Part shown: positions 20,523-30,105 of the stretch, piece by piece
Layout of the letters: each line of letters starts with the position of its first letter
Numbering within the stretch: the first letter of the stretch is position 1
Origin: an uncultured virus (IMG/VR IMGVR_UViG_3300010296_000006)
Taxonomy: Duplodnaviria; Heunggongvirae; Uroviricota; Caudoviricetes
Direction: 5' to 3' (one strand)
DNA: 64,000 bases
IMG/VR virus record: IMGVR_UViG_3300010296_000006
The notes under the pieces: model-generated
The model's input: the letters and a program-made list of their open reading frames with translations, nothing else
Told to the model about the DNA's origin: nothing
Databases searched by the model: none
Translations under genes and position numbers: made by a program

Positions 20523-22853
20523 ATGAGTTTTTCAGAAGGTGCATCATACAGAATTAATATAGTAGGCGAAGATAGCTCTATGATATTAGACAGCTACACA
20601 AGTCGTGTCAAAGCAACTATTGTTGGTTCTGATAACACTGTTTTAGTTGACAAAGATACAAATACTATTTTAGCTACTTTGAGTGCTAACATTATTGACA
20701 CTGATGGAAATGTTGCTTACAACACTGCAACAAACTCATTTTCAGGTAACTTATTGAATGACATAGGTGGTATTGCTTACAACAAAGATACTAGTACATT
20801 TTATGGAAACTTTAGAGGTACATTAAGAGCAGCTGATGGCGATGTTATAGTTAATAATGAAACTAAGCAAGTGTATGGAGATTTTCAGGGAGACCTTTAT
20901 AACGCTAATGGTATAAAGGTTTATGATAGTGTCACAGATAATATTAATGTAACATCAATAACAGGTAGCGGCAGTGGATTACGTAATGTAGATGCAGATA
21001 CACTTGACGGATTAGCACCTTCATTTTATTTAGACTGGAATAATATAACTAACAAACCATCAACAATGAGTGGTTATGGTATAACTGACGGCAATGTAGG
21101 CAGCGCAGTTGTAGATGAAGACGATCCTGCTTTATTAGATCTTGAACTCAGTATAACTAACACCTTAACTAGATCAATAAATGAAACTAGAGCGTATGTT
21201 AATGATACAGTAGACGAACTTAGAGGTAGTGCATGGAACTTAATTTATAATGGCGATACTGTATTAGACGTAGAAAAAGCAACTTTTTACGGCACTGTTA
21301 TCGGGGATGTTAGAACACCAGAAGGAGCACCTTTAATCGAAGATGGATTTATTTCTGCTAGTATTAGAGGAGCTCAAATATTTGACTTTAGTAATAATCT
21401 TGTAATAGATGCAAATAGTAAATCTTTACATGCAAATATCTATGCTTCAGATTCATCAATGTTACTTGACTTTACAGATAGACTATTAATCGGTAATGTA
21501 GAAGGTAATATTTATAACTCTTTTGGATTAGTATTAGATAGCGAAAACGCTATAGGACATATTGATGTATCAGGTAATATTATAAACAAATGGGGTTCAT
21601 ATGCATATGATAAGGTATCTGATATATTCAGCGGTGCTTTTAAAGGTCATATAGTAAACGACAACGGTGATTTAGTTATTGATACTAACAACGCTGTGTA
21701 TTTGCCGCTATCTGGTAACATTGTTGACGATGATGGTATGATACATTATGATAGTATAACAAATACTTTTAGTGGCAGTTTTATAGGTAACTTGAGTAAT
21801 ACTGATGGAGATACTATTGTTGATGTGTTTTCAAAAAATCTTCGTGGAAATTTAACAGGCAACATGTATAATGCAGATGGTCAGATAATAATTGATCATA
21901 AAACAGATGTTTTTTACGGCACACTTAGAGGTAGAGCTACTGGATTATTAGTAAACGAAGACTCTTTCGAAACAGTATTTGATATAACTGATTCAAGATT
22001 TTATACAACTGTAAGTGCTCCTACATTTAGAGGAGATTTTGCAGGAAATCTTGTAGATGCCGATGGTGTTAATATAATAACTTATAGCTCAGGAGATATC
22101 AATGCTAACCAAGTTACAGGTAGCTTTGTGGGTAACGTTACTGGTGATGTTTTAGGTGATGTAACAGGAAGCCTCTATAATGACGAAGGGACTTGTGTAC
22201 TTAATGTACGAGACGGGTCTTTTAAAGGCATTATAACAAACCACGCAGGAGATGTGCTATTTGATCAATCATCAATTAATGTTGCTGATGGCAACTTTGG
22301 AGGAAATGTAACTGCGAATCAACTAAAAACTGCCGGAGTAACAATCGATAGTACTATTAATCTTAAACAACCAGTTGACCGAGAAGCATTGGTAATAGAA
22401 TGTTTACCATTATCAGGACGCCTACACAGTACCAACTTAGGAATACTATTAAGAAAATCAGCAGGTACTTTGGAAAATCCATTGCCTACTGAACCAGGCG
22501 ATCAGATATCTTTTATTGGCTTTGGTTCTAGAACAGTACCATCTGAAGGTGACGAGGATTGGGATTATGATTTCAACTATTCTATGACAGGTGCAATAGG
22601 ATTTAGAGTAGATGCAGAAGCCGATGTCAGTACCTATAACATGCCAGGCGAGTTTGTTGTTACCCAATGTTATCATGATGGAATACAAAGAGATTCTTTA
22701 ACTGTAAATGCACATGGTCAAACAACTGCTACACTAAAAGATCTTACAGTTGTAGGTGAAACAGGAAATACTCCAACCAACACAACAACTCCTGTACAAT
22801 GGTTAGAAGTCACTGTAAACGGCGAAACTAGATACATGCCATTGTATACTTGA
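20523..22853 (+). CDS. Fibre/structural-like protein with Gly/Asn/Asp-rich beta repeats
   Basis: Recurring FxGxLxxxxGxxxxD units; DADTLDG...YLDWNNITNKP motif of the type seen in phage fibres; strong SD. Confidence 0.55.
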   Translation: MSFSEGASYRINIVGEDSSMILDSYTSRVKATIVGSDNTVLVDKDTNTILATLSANIIDTDGNVAYNTATNSFSGNLLNDIGGIAYNKDTSTFYGNFRGTLRAADGDVIVNNETKQVYGDFQGDLYNANGIKVYDSVTDNINVTSITGSGSGLRNVDADTLDGLAPSFYLDWNNITNKPSTMSGYGITDGNVGSAVVDEDDPALLDLELSITNTLTRSINETRAYVNDTVDELRGSAWNLIYNGDTVLDVEKATFYGTVIGDVRTPEGAPLIEDGFISASIRGAQIFDFSNNLVIDANSKSLHANIYASDSSMLLDFTDRLLIGNVEGNIYNSFGLVLDSENAIGHIDVSGNIINKWGSYAYDKVSDIFSGAFKGHIVNDNGDLVIDTNNAVYLPLSGNIVDDDGMIHYDSITNTFSGSFIGNLSNTDGDTIVDVFSKNLRGNLTGNMYNADGQIIIDHKTDVFYGTLRGRATGLLVNEDSFETVFDITDSRFYTTVSAPTFRGDFAGNLVDADGVNIITYSSGDINANQVTGSFVGNVTGDVLGDVTGSLYNDEGTCVLNVRDGSFKGIITNHAGDVLFDQSSINVADGNFGGNVTANQLKTAGVTIDSTINLKQPVDREALVIECLPLSGRLHSTNLGILLRKSAGTLENPLPTEPGDQISFIGFGSRTVPSEGDEDWDYDFNYSMTGAIGFRVDAEADVSTYNMPGEFVVTQCYHDGIQRDSLTVNAHGQTTATLKDLTVVGETGNTPTNTTTPVQWLEVTVNGETRYMPLYT

Positions 22854-22877
22854 CAACAACAAAAACTTTAGTATAAT
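22850..22877 (+). promoter_or_regulatory. sigma70-type promoter
   Basis: TTGACA-16 nt-TATAAT, 6 nt before ATG 22884. Confidence 0.75.
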
Positions 22878-22883
22878 AGTAAA

Positions 22884-23570
22884 ATGGATTATATGTTGTA
22901 TTACAACAATGTCCCAGGCAAGGGGCGTTGTAGAAATAACTTGATTTACACCAGTTTGATAAGCACTGACAAGACTGTGTTCTGTCAGTATTATTGGAAT
23001 GATCCTGCATACCACAAAGGTATGAACAAAGTGGTTGATCCTAATCTCATGCATGATAAATGGTGTAGAGATTTGAAGTTTAGTAATATAATGGTTAACA
23101 AAAAGCCTAAGATTGTACCTAAACTTTTAAATGTAGATTTAAAGACCAAAAAACTATGTTGGCGTATTCAAGGTGCAGACTTTTGGGAACAAACAGGCTG
23201 CACACAAGACTTTGATAGTGTATTGCCAGATTGGCAGGATCAAATGTTGGACATATTAGCAGCATACAGAGAACTTGGCATTTGGAAATACAGTTTACAT
23301 CCTAGCAGTTATTTTGTTATCAACGGCAGACTTAAAAGCATTAATCATTTTTTCTGTTATGAGGATAAAGAAGAAGAAATATGTATTGCAGATTGCTTGT
23401 CACACATCAGCGATGACAGATTGTCCCAGTTGATGCCTATGGTAAAAGCCAACGGATTAAATATAAACAAGCCTGTGCCGTTTTCAGTATTAGGACAACT
23501 TGCACTAGATAGTTTTGTAGACAGTTATCCAGCAGACTTTATTGCAAAAGCAAAGGACATTTATGTATAG
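22884..23570 (+). CDS. Kinase-like-fold protein with degenerate catalytic motifs (paralog of 46154)
   Basis: NLIYTSLISTDKTVFC aligns with NIVYVPRISPNKSIFC; VPKLL; KYSLHPSSYF...LKSINHF. Confidence 0.4.
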   Translation: MDYMLYYNNVPGKGRCRNNLIYTSLISTDKTVFCQYYWNDPAYHKGMNKVVDPNLMHDKWCRDLKFSNIMVNKKPKIVPKLLNVDLKTKKLCWRIQGADFWEQTGCTQDFDSVLPDWQDQMLDILAAYRELGIWKYSLHPSSYFVINGRLKSINHFFCYEDKEEEICIADCLSHISDDRLSQLMPMVKANGLNINKPVPFSVLGQLALDSFVDSYPADFIAKAKDIYV

Positions 23571-24183
23571 TGTAAAAAAATACAATCCTATGTTGGATTT
23601 AGAAGATTTTTATGCAGAAGCAGCCCGTAGAGGTTTTGATAACAACAGCAATAGACAAGTACTAGCAGAAAGTTTTGCACATTTTGAAGCCAGCAGTGTT
23701 TGGTTGTTGTACTGGCACGACCGTCCTATGGGCAGCGTAGCAGTACACAGCTTAGAAGAATTACCATTAGGTGATGCATACCGTATTGGTGCAAGAACCT
23801 GTTTGCTGACAGGTATTGATCCACACGGTAGACTGTTTACTCGCAATCAAATCAAAACACACCAAGGTCCTGCGCCACAAATATTGTTGCCCATATGCAT
23901 GGAATGGGCAGGATTAGACAAAGACTTGTATATCAGCAGCAACGATAGTCCAGTTGCAACACAACAACATGTGCATAGATTCTATTGTCCATTATTACGC
24001 AGTATAGGCATACTAGAAGATCCTATCGAACTGGATTATCGCAACGAGTTTCAGTATTTTTGGCGAGTAAATACCAAAGAGTTTTATCGGCAACTAGAAG
24101 AACATTGGTGGCCAGAATGTAGATCTGCTATGATTCAATGGCGTAAAGATTATTCAGGCGAAATCCAAACTCCTTGGGTGTAA
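23563..24183 (+). CDS. Hypothetical protein (possible GNAT-like fold)
   Basis: Coupled ORF; VWLLY...PMGSVAVH...YRIGARTC gives only a weak resemblance. Confidence 0.45.
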   Translation: MYSVKKYNPMLDLEDFYAEAARRGFDNNSNRQVLAESFAHFEASSVWLLYWHDRPMGSVAVHSLEELPLGDAYRIGARTCLLTGIDPHGRLFTRNQIKTHQGPAPQILLPICMEWAGLDKDLYISSNDSPVATQQHVHRFYCPLLRSIGILEDPIELDYRNEFQYFWRVNTKEFYRQLEEHWWPECRSAMIQWRKDYSGEIQTPWV

Positions 24184-24808
24184 GTTGTTCTAGTTCATCT
24201 AAATAATAGCGTTCTACTTCAAACGCAACACCCCTTTGTGTCTTTTTAAAGTTGTTGATTATGCCTTTTTTGTTTGCCCAGTTTAACCAAGGTGACATAA
24301 CTTTGTCAAATGTAAATCTAGGATTTTCGCCGCCAGGTGTAATCAATACTCGTTCTTTATCTAGCAGTGTGTTTTTGCGTAGCAATAATCTTACCACAAG
24401 TTGAAATCTAGTATACTCACCAAAGTTAGCAGCACTATGAGTTTTTCCTGCATCCATCAAGTATACATTACCATCAGGATACAAAAAATAGTTAGTGTTG
24501 CTGTCTATGTCTATTAATGCAGAACAATCTCCTGTGATGTTTACATGATATCTATCGTCAATATCACTGTGTGCATAGTAACAGGTACCCGATTCTTGTC
24601 GTATTATTCTTGCCTCTCCGCAGAAAGGCAGTTTGTCCAATAGAGTTTCTATCGGAGTACCTTTGTATTCATCTTTAACAACCCATTTGTCGTAAAAAAA
24701 GTCACCTGTTGGTTTGTTGAGTGTTAGTCTATGTGTATCATAATCACATATTCTTTGTAGATACTGTTGCTCAACCTCACTTACAGAATAAATCGTGTTC
24801 GCAATCAT
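24128..24808 (-). CDS. Asp/Asn beta-hydroxylase-like (2OG/cupin) protein
   Basis: YYAHSDIDDRYH...THSAANFG...RFQLV. Confidence 0.55.
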   Translation of the reverse strand: MIANTIYSVSEVEQQYLQRICDYDTHRLTLNKPTGDFFYDKWVVKDEYKGTPIETLLDKLPFCGEARIIRQESGTCYYAHSDIDDRYHVNITGDCSALIDIDSNTNYFLYPDGNVYLMDAGKTHSAANFGEYTRFQLVVRLLLRKNTLLDKERVLITPGGENPRFTFDKVMSPWLNWANKKGIINNFKKTQRGVAFEVERYYLDELEQLTPKEFGFRLNNLYAIES

Positions 24809-24834
24809 AATGATATTTAGCCAATAAATACAGT

Positions 24835-25425
24835 ATGAGAATATTAATGACAGGTGCTACCAGTGATGTAGGCAGAGTTGTGTTTGATCATATTGCTCAA
24901 GATCATCATGTTGCTTGTATTAGCAGAAGCACAGGCTTCGACCTGAGATTTCCTGAAAAGAATCTAGAATATCTAGTGCAAGACTATGATGTGTTTTTAA
25001 ATCTTGCAAACATTGATTATTTTCAAGGCGATGCGCTGTATCAAGTATACGATGTATTTGAAAAACAACAAACTGATACTCCAAAAAAGATAATCAGCTT
25101 TGGTAGTTTGGTAACTGAACTGCCTATGCGTATTATTGTTGACAGTAATAACGCATATTACAATAGATCAAGAGAACAAAGCGAATACATAGGACAAAAA
25201 CTCTACTTGGAAAAAGTACACAATGAGTGTGTACAACGACATTTAGCAGGATACAGCAACGGTTATGCTATGCCACAAAGTGTGTTGCTCAAACTGGGCA
25301 ATGTGTTTGAAAAAAAGGAACGCAGTCACGAACCTTATACAACTGAAGCACAGTTGTTGGAAGTAATAGATGCTGTGTTGCTGGGTTCGAACTATATTCC
25401 TACTGTTGAAGTGCGTTGGAACTAG
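24835..25425 (+). CDS. Short-chain dehydrogenase-like (Rossmann) protein
   Basis: MRILMTGATSDVG; DVFLNLA; IISFGS; YIGQK. Confidence 0.6.
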   Translation: MRILMTGATSDVGRVVFDHIAQDHHVACISRSTGFDLRFPEKNLEYLVQDYDVFLNLANIDYFQGDALYQVYDVFEKQQTDTPKKIISFGSLVTELPMRIIVDSNNAYYNRSREQSEYIGQKLYLEKVHNECVQRHLAGYSNGYAMPQSVLLKLGNVFEKKERSHEPYTTEAQLLEVIDAVLLGSNYIPTVEVRWN

Positions 25426-26222
25426 TAGTGATCTAAACTACCAATACCCACACGGTTTCTAAAACGTTCTGTAAACACACCATCAATACGCATACCATAA
25501 CTTTGCTGCATTAGCCTGTCGCCACCGTGCCAATCTTGGTCATTCCAAAATGCTGCACGACTGTTGATATAAACTTTGCGTTGTGTTTCAGGATCCCAAA
25601 TGTAAAACGGTGCCCGTGTGTTGGGTCTTATGTGTATAAACTCATTTCTGTGGTCACTGTAATCTTGTATGCCTTTGCTGCCGTCTAGATCTCTGTGTTC
25701 AAACGGAATACCATCGTGCTCTCTGTGGAAAAACATCACTCTGCCTAAATGTTCAAACACTTCACCTTGCAAACTTTCAACCCATTTTACTACATTAGGA
25801 AAAAACTCTGCTTCAGGTGCTAAATTGCGTTTTGCAGTCCTGTCGTCCCAGCTGCCTTCTTCCCACAAGAAGTAATATATGTAAGGATCATATGCACCCA
25901 TTGCCATTTTTAAATATCTCGTGAACTTGTTTCTTGTTTCATGATCTTTGATGTTGCAGTACAAATCCCAGCCACCTGTTTTTACAGGATCATCGTCAGG
26001 CAATGCTAGGTATTCATCAAGTGCAGCAAATATAGGCTTCCAGTTTAGTGTATAACTCATGTACTTTGGATCAAATCCTGGCTTCATCCATGTACCTTCT
26101 TTGGCATGCATTCTTCCTTCAGCAAATCCTCTGTATATTTCAGGTTGCAATCTGTCAAACTCGTCGAGATTTACCCATGCACTCATGTCAACATATGGCA
26201 TTCCGCCAATACCTCTAATCAT
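25422..26222 (-). CDS. Hypothetical protein, possibly 2OG-Fe(II)-like
   Basis: FEHRD...DWHGG...MRIDG. Confidence 0.45.
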   Translation of the reverse strand: MIRGIGGMPYVDMSAWVNLDEFDRLQPEIYRGFAEGRMHAKEGTWMKPGFDPKYMSYTLNWKPIFAALDEYLALPDDDPVKTGGWDLYCNIKDHETRNKFTRYLKMAMGAYDPYIYYFLWEEGSWDDRTAKRNLAPEAEFFPNVVKWVESLQGEVFEHLGRVMFFHREHDGIPFEHRDLDGSKGIQDYSDHRNEFIHIRPNTRAPFYIWDPETQRKVYINSRAAFWNDQDWHGGDRLMQQSYGMRIDGVFTERFRNRVGIGSLDHY

Positions 26223-26760
26223 AGCGTTTTCCTATAATGTTCATTGTAAACTTTTTTTGCAATCCAGCATTTACACCAGCGTGATAGTCTCTCCAACTGC
26301 TCCATTGATACACATCTCCTGCTGTATACCCATATGCACACTCGTTGCCTACAAAAAATGCATGTCCTGGCATACTTTTTGTAATATGCACATGGTATCT
26401 TTCTACACCAGGTTGATCAAACTCAGTTTCATCGTCTTGAAAGTCATAATGCAGTGGAGCATATTCTCCAGGATGTATAGCACTGATCCATGTGCTGATG
26501 TTTTCAATACCAATCCAATTACATACTGCGTCAACTGTGCTGTGTGAAAAGTTTGTACCACTCAAATACATGTCCCAACCCACTGTTCCTCCAGCATCAG
26601 TTAACACATATCCAGCATCATTCCATTGTTTGTGCATTCCGTTTGCGTTAGGATGGTCTGCTTGGTGATGTCCTGGTCCTCTTTTTGCAGGAGTATTGTG
26701 CATGAGTTGCACCAACAGTTGTGTCCAGTCTATACTATCACAGTTTCCTACATATCGCAT
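26215..26760 (-). CDS. 2OG-Fe(II)/cupin-like oxygenase
   Basis: WISAIHPGEYAPLHYD...DYHAGVNAG..KKF. Confidence 0.6.
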   Translation of the reverse strand: MRYVGNCDSIDWTQLLVQLMHNTPAKRGPGHHQADHPNANGMHKQWNDAGYVLTDAGGTVGWDMYLSGTNFSHSTVDAVCNWIGIENISTWISAIHPGEYAPLHYDFQDDETEFDQPGVERYHVHITKSMPGHAFFVGNECAYGYTAGDVYQWSSWRDYHAGVNAGLQKKFTMNIIGKRYD

Positions 26761-27278
26761 CTTAACCCCACATAGTTGTATTGGAACTTGGGCACCATAC
26801 TGGCATTTACACCTGCATGATAGTCAGTATAATGATCCCATTGATACACACTACCTACTGCATCGTTGTAACAAATACCATCTTTTACAAAAAATGCTTG
26901 TCCAGGATGCCACGGTGATATATTTGCAGTGTATCTCACAACATCGTCAAAGGGCAAGTCAGCATCATCTTGGTGCCAATCCCAATGCCACGGTGCAGTT
27001 TTACCTGGCTTTACACAGCTGATCCAACTTCTTATGTGTGTTGCACCAACATATGTTTCAAACAGTCGAGTTACACCCGGATCATAGTCTTTATCTGGAT
27101 AAAAGTTTAACCATTCGATGCTGTTCATGTTGTAGCCAGCGTTTTTTAGATTGTTGAACATGTTTGTTACAGGTGGTACATCCGGCAAGTTTGCACTGCT
27201 GTTGTATCCTGTGTCAATGTCCAGCCAATCTATGAGATTTTTCCAGTCTATAGTATTACATATACCAATATATTGCAT
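26748..27278 (-). CDS. 2OG-Fe(II)/cupin-like oxygenase (tandem paralog); start revised to ATG 27278
   Basis: MQYIGICNTIDW matches the neighbour's MRYVGNCDSIDW; PGKTAPWHWD...DYHAGVNAS..PKF. Confidence 0.62.
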   Translation of the reverse strand: MQYIGICNTIDWKNLIDWLDIDTGYNSSANLPDVPPVTNMFNNLKNAGYNMNSIEWLNFYPDKDYDPGVTRLFETYVGATHIRSWISCVKPGKTAPWHWDWHQDDADLPFDDVVRYTANISPWHPGQAFFVKDGICYNDAVGSVYQWDHYTDYHAGVNASMVPKFQYNYVGLRCDM

Positions 27279-27306
27279 ATGGTATTTATATACCAATAAG
27301 TACAGT
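27279..27306. promoter_or_regulatory. Back-to-back late-promoter-like motifs
   Basis: TATAAATA 4 nt before ATG 27278 (-) and TAAGTA 4 nt before ATG 27307 (+). Confidence 0.6.
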
Positions 27307-27984
27307 ATGATAGATGTTGATTCAAAGTACAGCAAAATAGGCATAAGCATCAGTGGTGGAGCAGACAGTGCATTACTTGCTTGGATGATTTGTAAACAGA
27401 GCAGAGCACAAATACATTTTGTTTATCAAATCCGTATGTGGAAGACTAGACCGTGGCAAGAATACTATGCAGATAGAGTAATGCGCTGGTTTAGATACAA
27501 CTTTCCGCATGAGTTTGTAGTACACAAGAACTTTGTGCCACCAGAAATGGAAGAGCCGCACACAGATTATATCACAGACGAATACGGCGAACAAAAACCA
27601 GGCAATAGAATCATACTTAGAGCACACAATGAGTACATTGCACACACGCAACAACTAGATGCATGGTATGCAGGTGTTACACTAAATCCACCTGTAACAC
27701 TAGAGGGTGAGTTAGACGATAGAAACACGCCCAGTTACGAAAAGCACAAAGTAATACATGGTGTAAATGTACATCATCCATTTGTAGACAAGGCCAAAGA
27801 TTGGGTGATGAGACAGTACTTGGACAACAACTTGCACGAACTGCTGAGACTTACTAGAAGTTGCGAAGGTGAGTTTGAAGGAATAGACTACACTAACTAT
27901 CGTTACGGAGAAGATGTGTACGAATGTGGCAAATGTTTTTGGTGCAGAGAAAGAAAATGGGGCTTGGATAATGCATTCCAGTAA
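27307..27984 (+). CDS. QueC-like PP-loop ATPase; start revised to ATG 27307
   Basis: ISGGADS; YAGVTLNP; TRSCE...CGKCFWCRER. Confidence 0.78.
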   Translation: MIDVDSKYSKIGISISGGADSALLAWMICKQSRAQIHFVYQIRMWKTRPWQEYYADRVMRWFRYNFPHEFVVHKNFVPPEMEEPHTDYITDEYGEQKPGNRIILRAHNEYIAHTQQLDAWYAGVTLNPPVTLEGELDDRNTPSYEKHKVIHGVNVHHPFVDKAKDWVMRQYLDNNLHELLRLTRSCEGEFEGIDYTNYRYGEDVYECGKCFWCRERKWGLDNAFQ

Positions 27985-29221
27985 TACATTTTGTATGCAT
28001 CCATTTACAGGACTTGCTACTAGAGAAGACGGTGCTATCAAAGTGTGCTGTCGCAGTCAACCTATTGGCTGGATACAGAACGAAACACTGGAGCAAGCAT
28101 GGAACAACGATGCTATGCGTACAGTAAGACAGCAAGTACTCAACAACGAAATACCAGATGTGTGCGTACCTTGCTTTGATTTAGAAGCACAGGGTGTAGA
28201 AAGTTTAAGACAAAGACATATCCGAGATAGTTTTCCTGATTCTAGAATAAACTTGTATCCAAATGCGCTAGACAAACTAAATGACGACTATACCATGCCA
28301 TTTGAGTTTCCTACTATTGAGATAAAAATCAACAACTTGTGCAATCTCAAATGCAGAATGTGCAATCCATTAGACAGTACGCAATGGAAAGACTGGGAAC
28401 AAGTTGAAAAGTTTTATGAAGAAGAAGGCAACTACCTAGTGGATGCTGTGCGCAAACTAGGATTAACACGAGCACCATACATTGGTTTGTTTGAAGATAG
28501 TGCAGAGTTTTGGAGCAACCTTGAAAAACTGTTACCATATTTCCGCAGAGTTGAGTTTGCTGGTGGTGAGCCACTGATGGATCCTAATCACTATCGCATT
28601 TTAGACTTGTTAGCACCATACGGCGAAAACATTGAAATAAAGTATGCTACAAACGGCACAGTGACGGGTATAAAGGGCGGAAGGACCATACACGACTATT
28701 GGCCTAAGTTTAAAAACGTGGTCGTAAATGTAAGCATAGACGGGCTACACGATGTTTATGAATACATTAGAGGCAATGGTAAGTTTGAAGAAATGGAAGA
28801 AAATGTCAAAATTTTTAAGAGCTTTCCCAATGTTAAATATGTTGTAGGTGCTTGCACAGTGCAAGCAGGTAATGTTATGCAACTACCAGATATTATTGAT
28901 TACTTTTTAAATACCATGGGCATTGTTTTTTATTCACACAGAGTAAACTATCCAAATGTATTGAGTGCTCAGTGTTTGCCTCTAGAATACAAAGAAGTTG
29001 TAGTTGATCGATTGACCGCAATGAAAGAGATAGTGCCAAAGTACCCTATTATGGCTGTGGATGATAGATTGTTGCCAATAACACTGCAACAAATACAGGA
29101 TAATATCAACTTTTTAATGGCTAGAGACTTGAGCGACAAATGGCCGCAAACACTGGAGTTCAATCACAGACTAGATGCAAGCAGGAATCAAAGAAAGTTT
29201 GAGCAGGTATGTTTAGGGTAG
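27971..29221 (+). CDS. Radical SAM protein (family A); start revised to ATG 27971
   Basis: FCMHPF...VCC...CVPC; CNLKCRMC; GGEPL; SIDG. Confidence 0.9.
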   Translation: MHSSNTFCMHPFTGLATREDGAIKVCCRSQPIGWIQNETLEQAWNNDAMRTVRQQVLNNEIPDVCVPCFDLEAQGVESLRQRHIRDSFPDSRINLYPNALDKLNDDYTMPFEFPTIEIKINNLCNLKCRMCNPLDSTQWKDWEQVEKFYEEEGNYLVDAVRKLGLTRAPYIGLFEDSAEFWSNLEKLLPYFRRVEFAGGEPLMDPNHYRILDLLAPYGENIEIKYATNGTVTGIKGGRTIHDYWPKFKNVVVNVSIDGLHDVYEYIRGNGKFEEMEENVKIFKSFPNVKYVVGACTVQAGNVMQLPDIIDYFLNTMGIVFYSHRVNYPNVLSAQCLPLEYKEVVVDRLTAMKEIVPKYPIMAVDDRLLPITLQQIQDNINFLMARDLSDKWPQTLEFNHRLDASRNQRKFEQVCLG

Positions 29222-30105
29222 AAAATCGCTGGCCTCATTATGCAGACAGTGTGAAAATAGAATGGAACTTGGGCAAACGCTGCAATCTAGATTGCACATA
29301 TTGTCCTCCTGAAATACACGACTTGATAAGTCCACACACAAATGCAGGTACACTTTTCAATACTGTTGATGAGATAAGCAAAATACCAAATGCTAGAATC
29401 AGCTTCACCGGTGGAGAACCAACTGTGCATCCTGCTTTCGAAGATTTACTAGAGTATGCAAGACCCAAGATAAAGTGGTTAAGTGTTACAACCAACGGCA
29501 CAAGGACCACAGAGTTTTATGAACGCATACCTGTAAACTATATTGTGTTCAGTTTACACTTTGAGGATACTCAATGGAGTAAAAGATTAAACAATATTAT
29601 CAACTTTGCAACTGCAACAGAAAGTTTGAAGTTTCCAAAGGATTATCATATTGCACTAATGGCACATCAGGATCATATGAGTGATGTCAAAAAAGCAGCA
29701 GCATATCTCACTGGACACGAAATACCATACACAGTTAGAAGAATAAGATGGACAGAAAAGCACGATTGGTTTGACGATTTAAAATACAATCAAAATGACT
29801 TGGATTGGATAATGCGCAACACTGCAACTGCTCAACCCAATACACTGATAGACGAACACGAACTAAAGCACGCCAACGATGTAATAAAAGAACATCTAAA
29901 TCAGTTCGAAGGATGGAACTGTATGGCAGGTATAGAAAGCCTAATGATAAACTGGGACGGTGAAGTACACAGAGCCACTTGTAGAGTAGGTGGAAGTTTG
30001 GGAAATATATACAATAACACATTCAAACTACCAGAGGAGCCTGTTGTTTGCACACGCAAGTGGTGTACTTGTGCCGCAGACATTAATATAACAAAATGGA
30101 AGTAG
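29209..30105 (+). CDS. Radical SAM protein (family C)
   Basis: WNLGKRCNLDCTYC; GGEPT; FEGWNCMAG...GGSLGNI...CTRKWCTC. Confidence 0.9.
   Translation: MFRVENRWPHYADSVKIEWNLGKRCNLDCTYCPPEIHDLISPHTNAGTLFNTVDEISKIPNARISFTGGEPTVHPAFEDLLEYARPKIKWLSVTTNGTRTTEFYERIPVNYIVFSLHFEDTQWSKRLNNIINFATATESLKFPKDYHIALMAHQDHMSDVKKAAAYLTGHEIPYTVRRIRWTEKHDWFDDLKYNQNDLDWIMRNTATAQPNTLIDEHELKHANDVIKEHLNQFEGWNCMAGIESLMINWDGEVHRATCRVGGSLGNIYNNTFKLPEEPVVCTRKWCTCAADINITKWK

Noticed and set aside
20523..22853. RTX or ice-nucleation-type adhesin
   Set aside because: It lacks GGxGxD nonapeptides and AGYGST repeats; a phage fibre-like call fits better.
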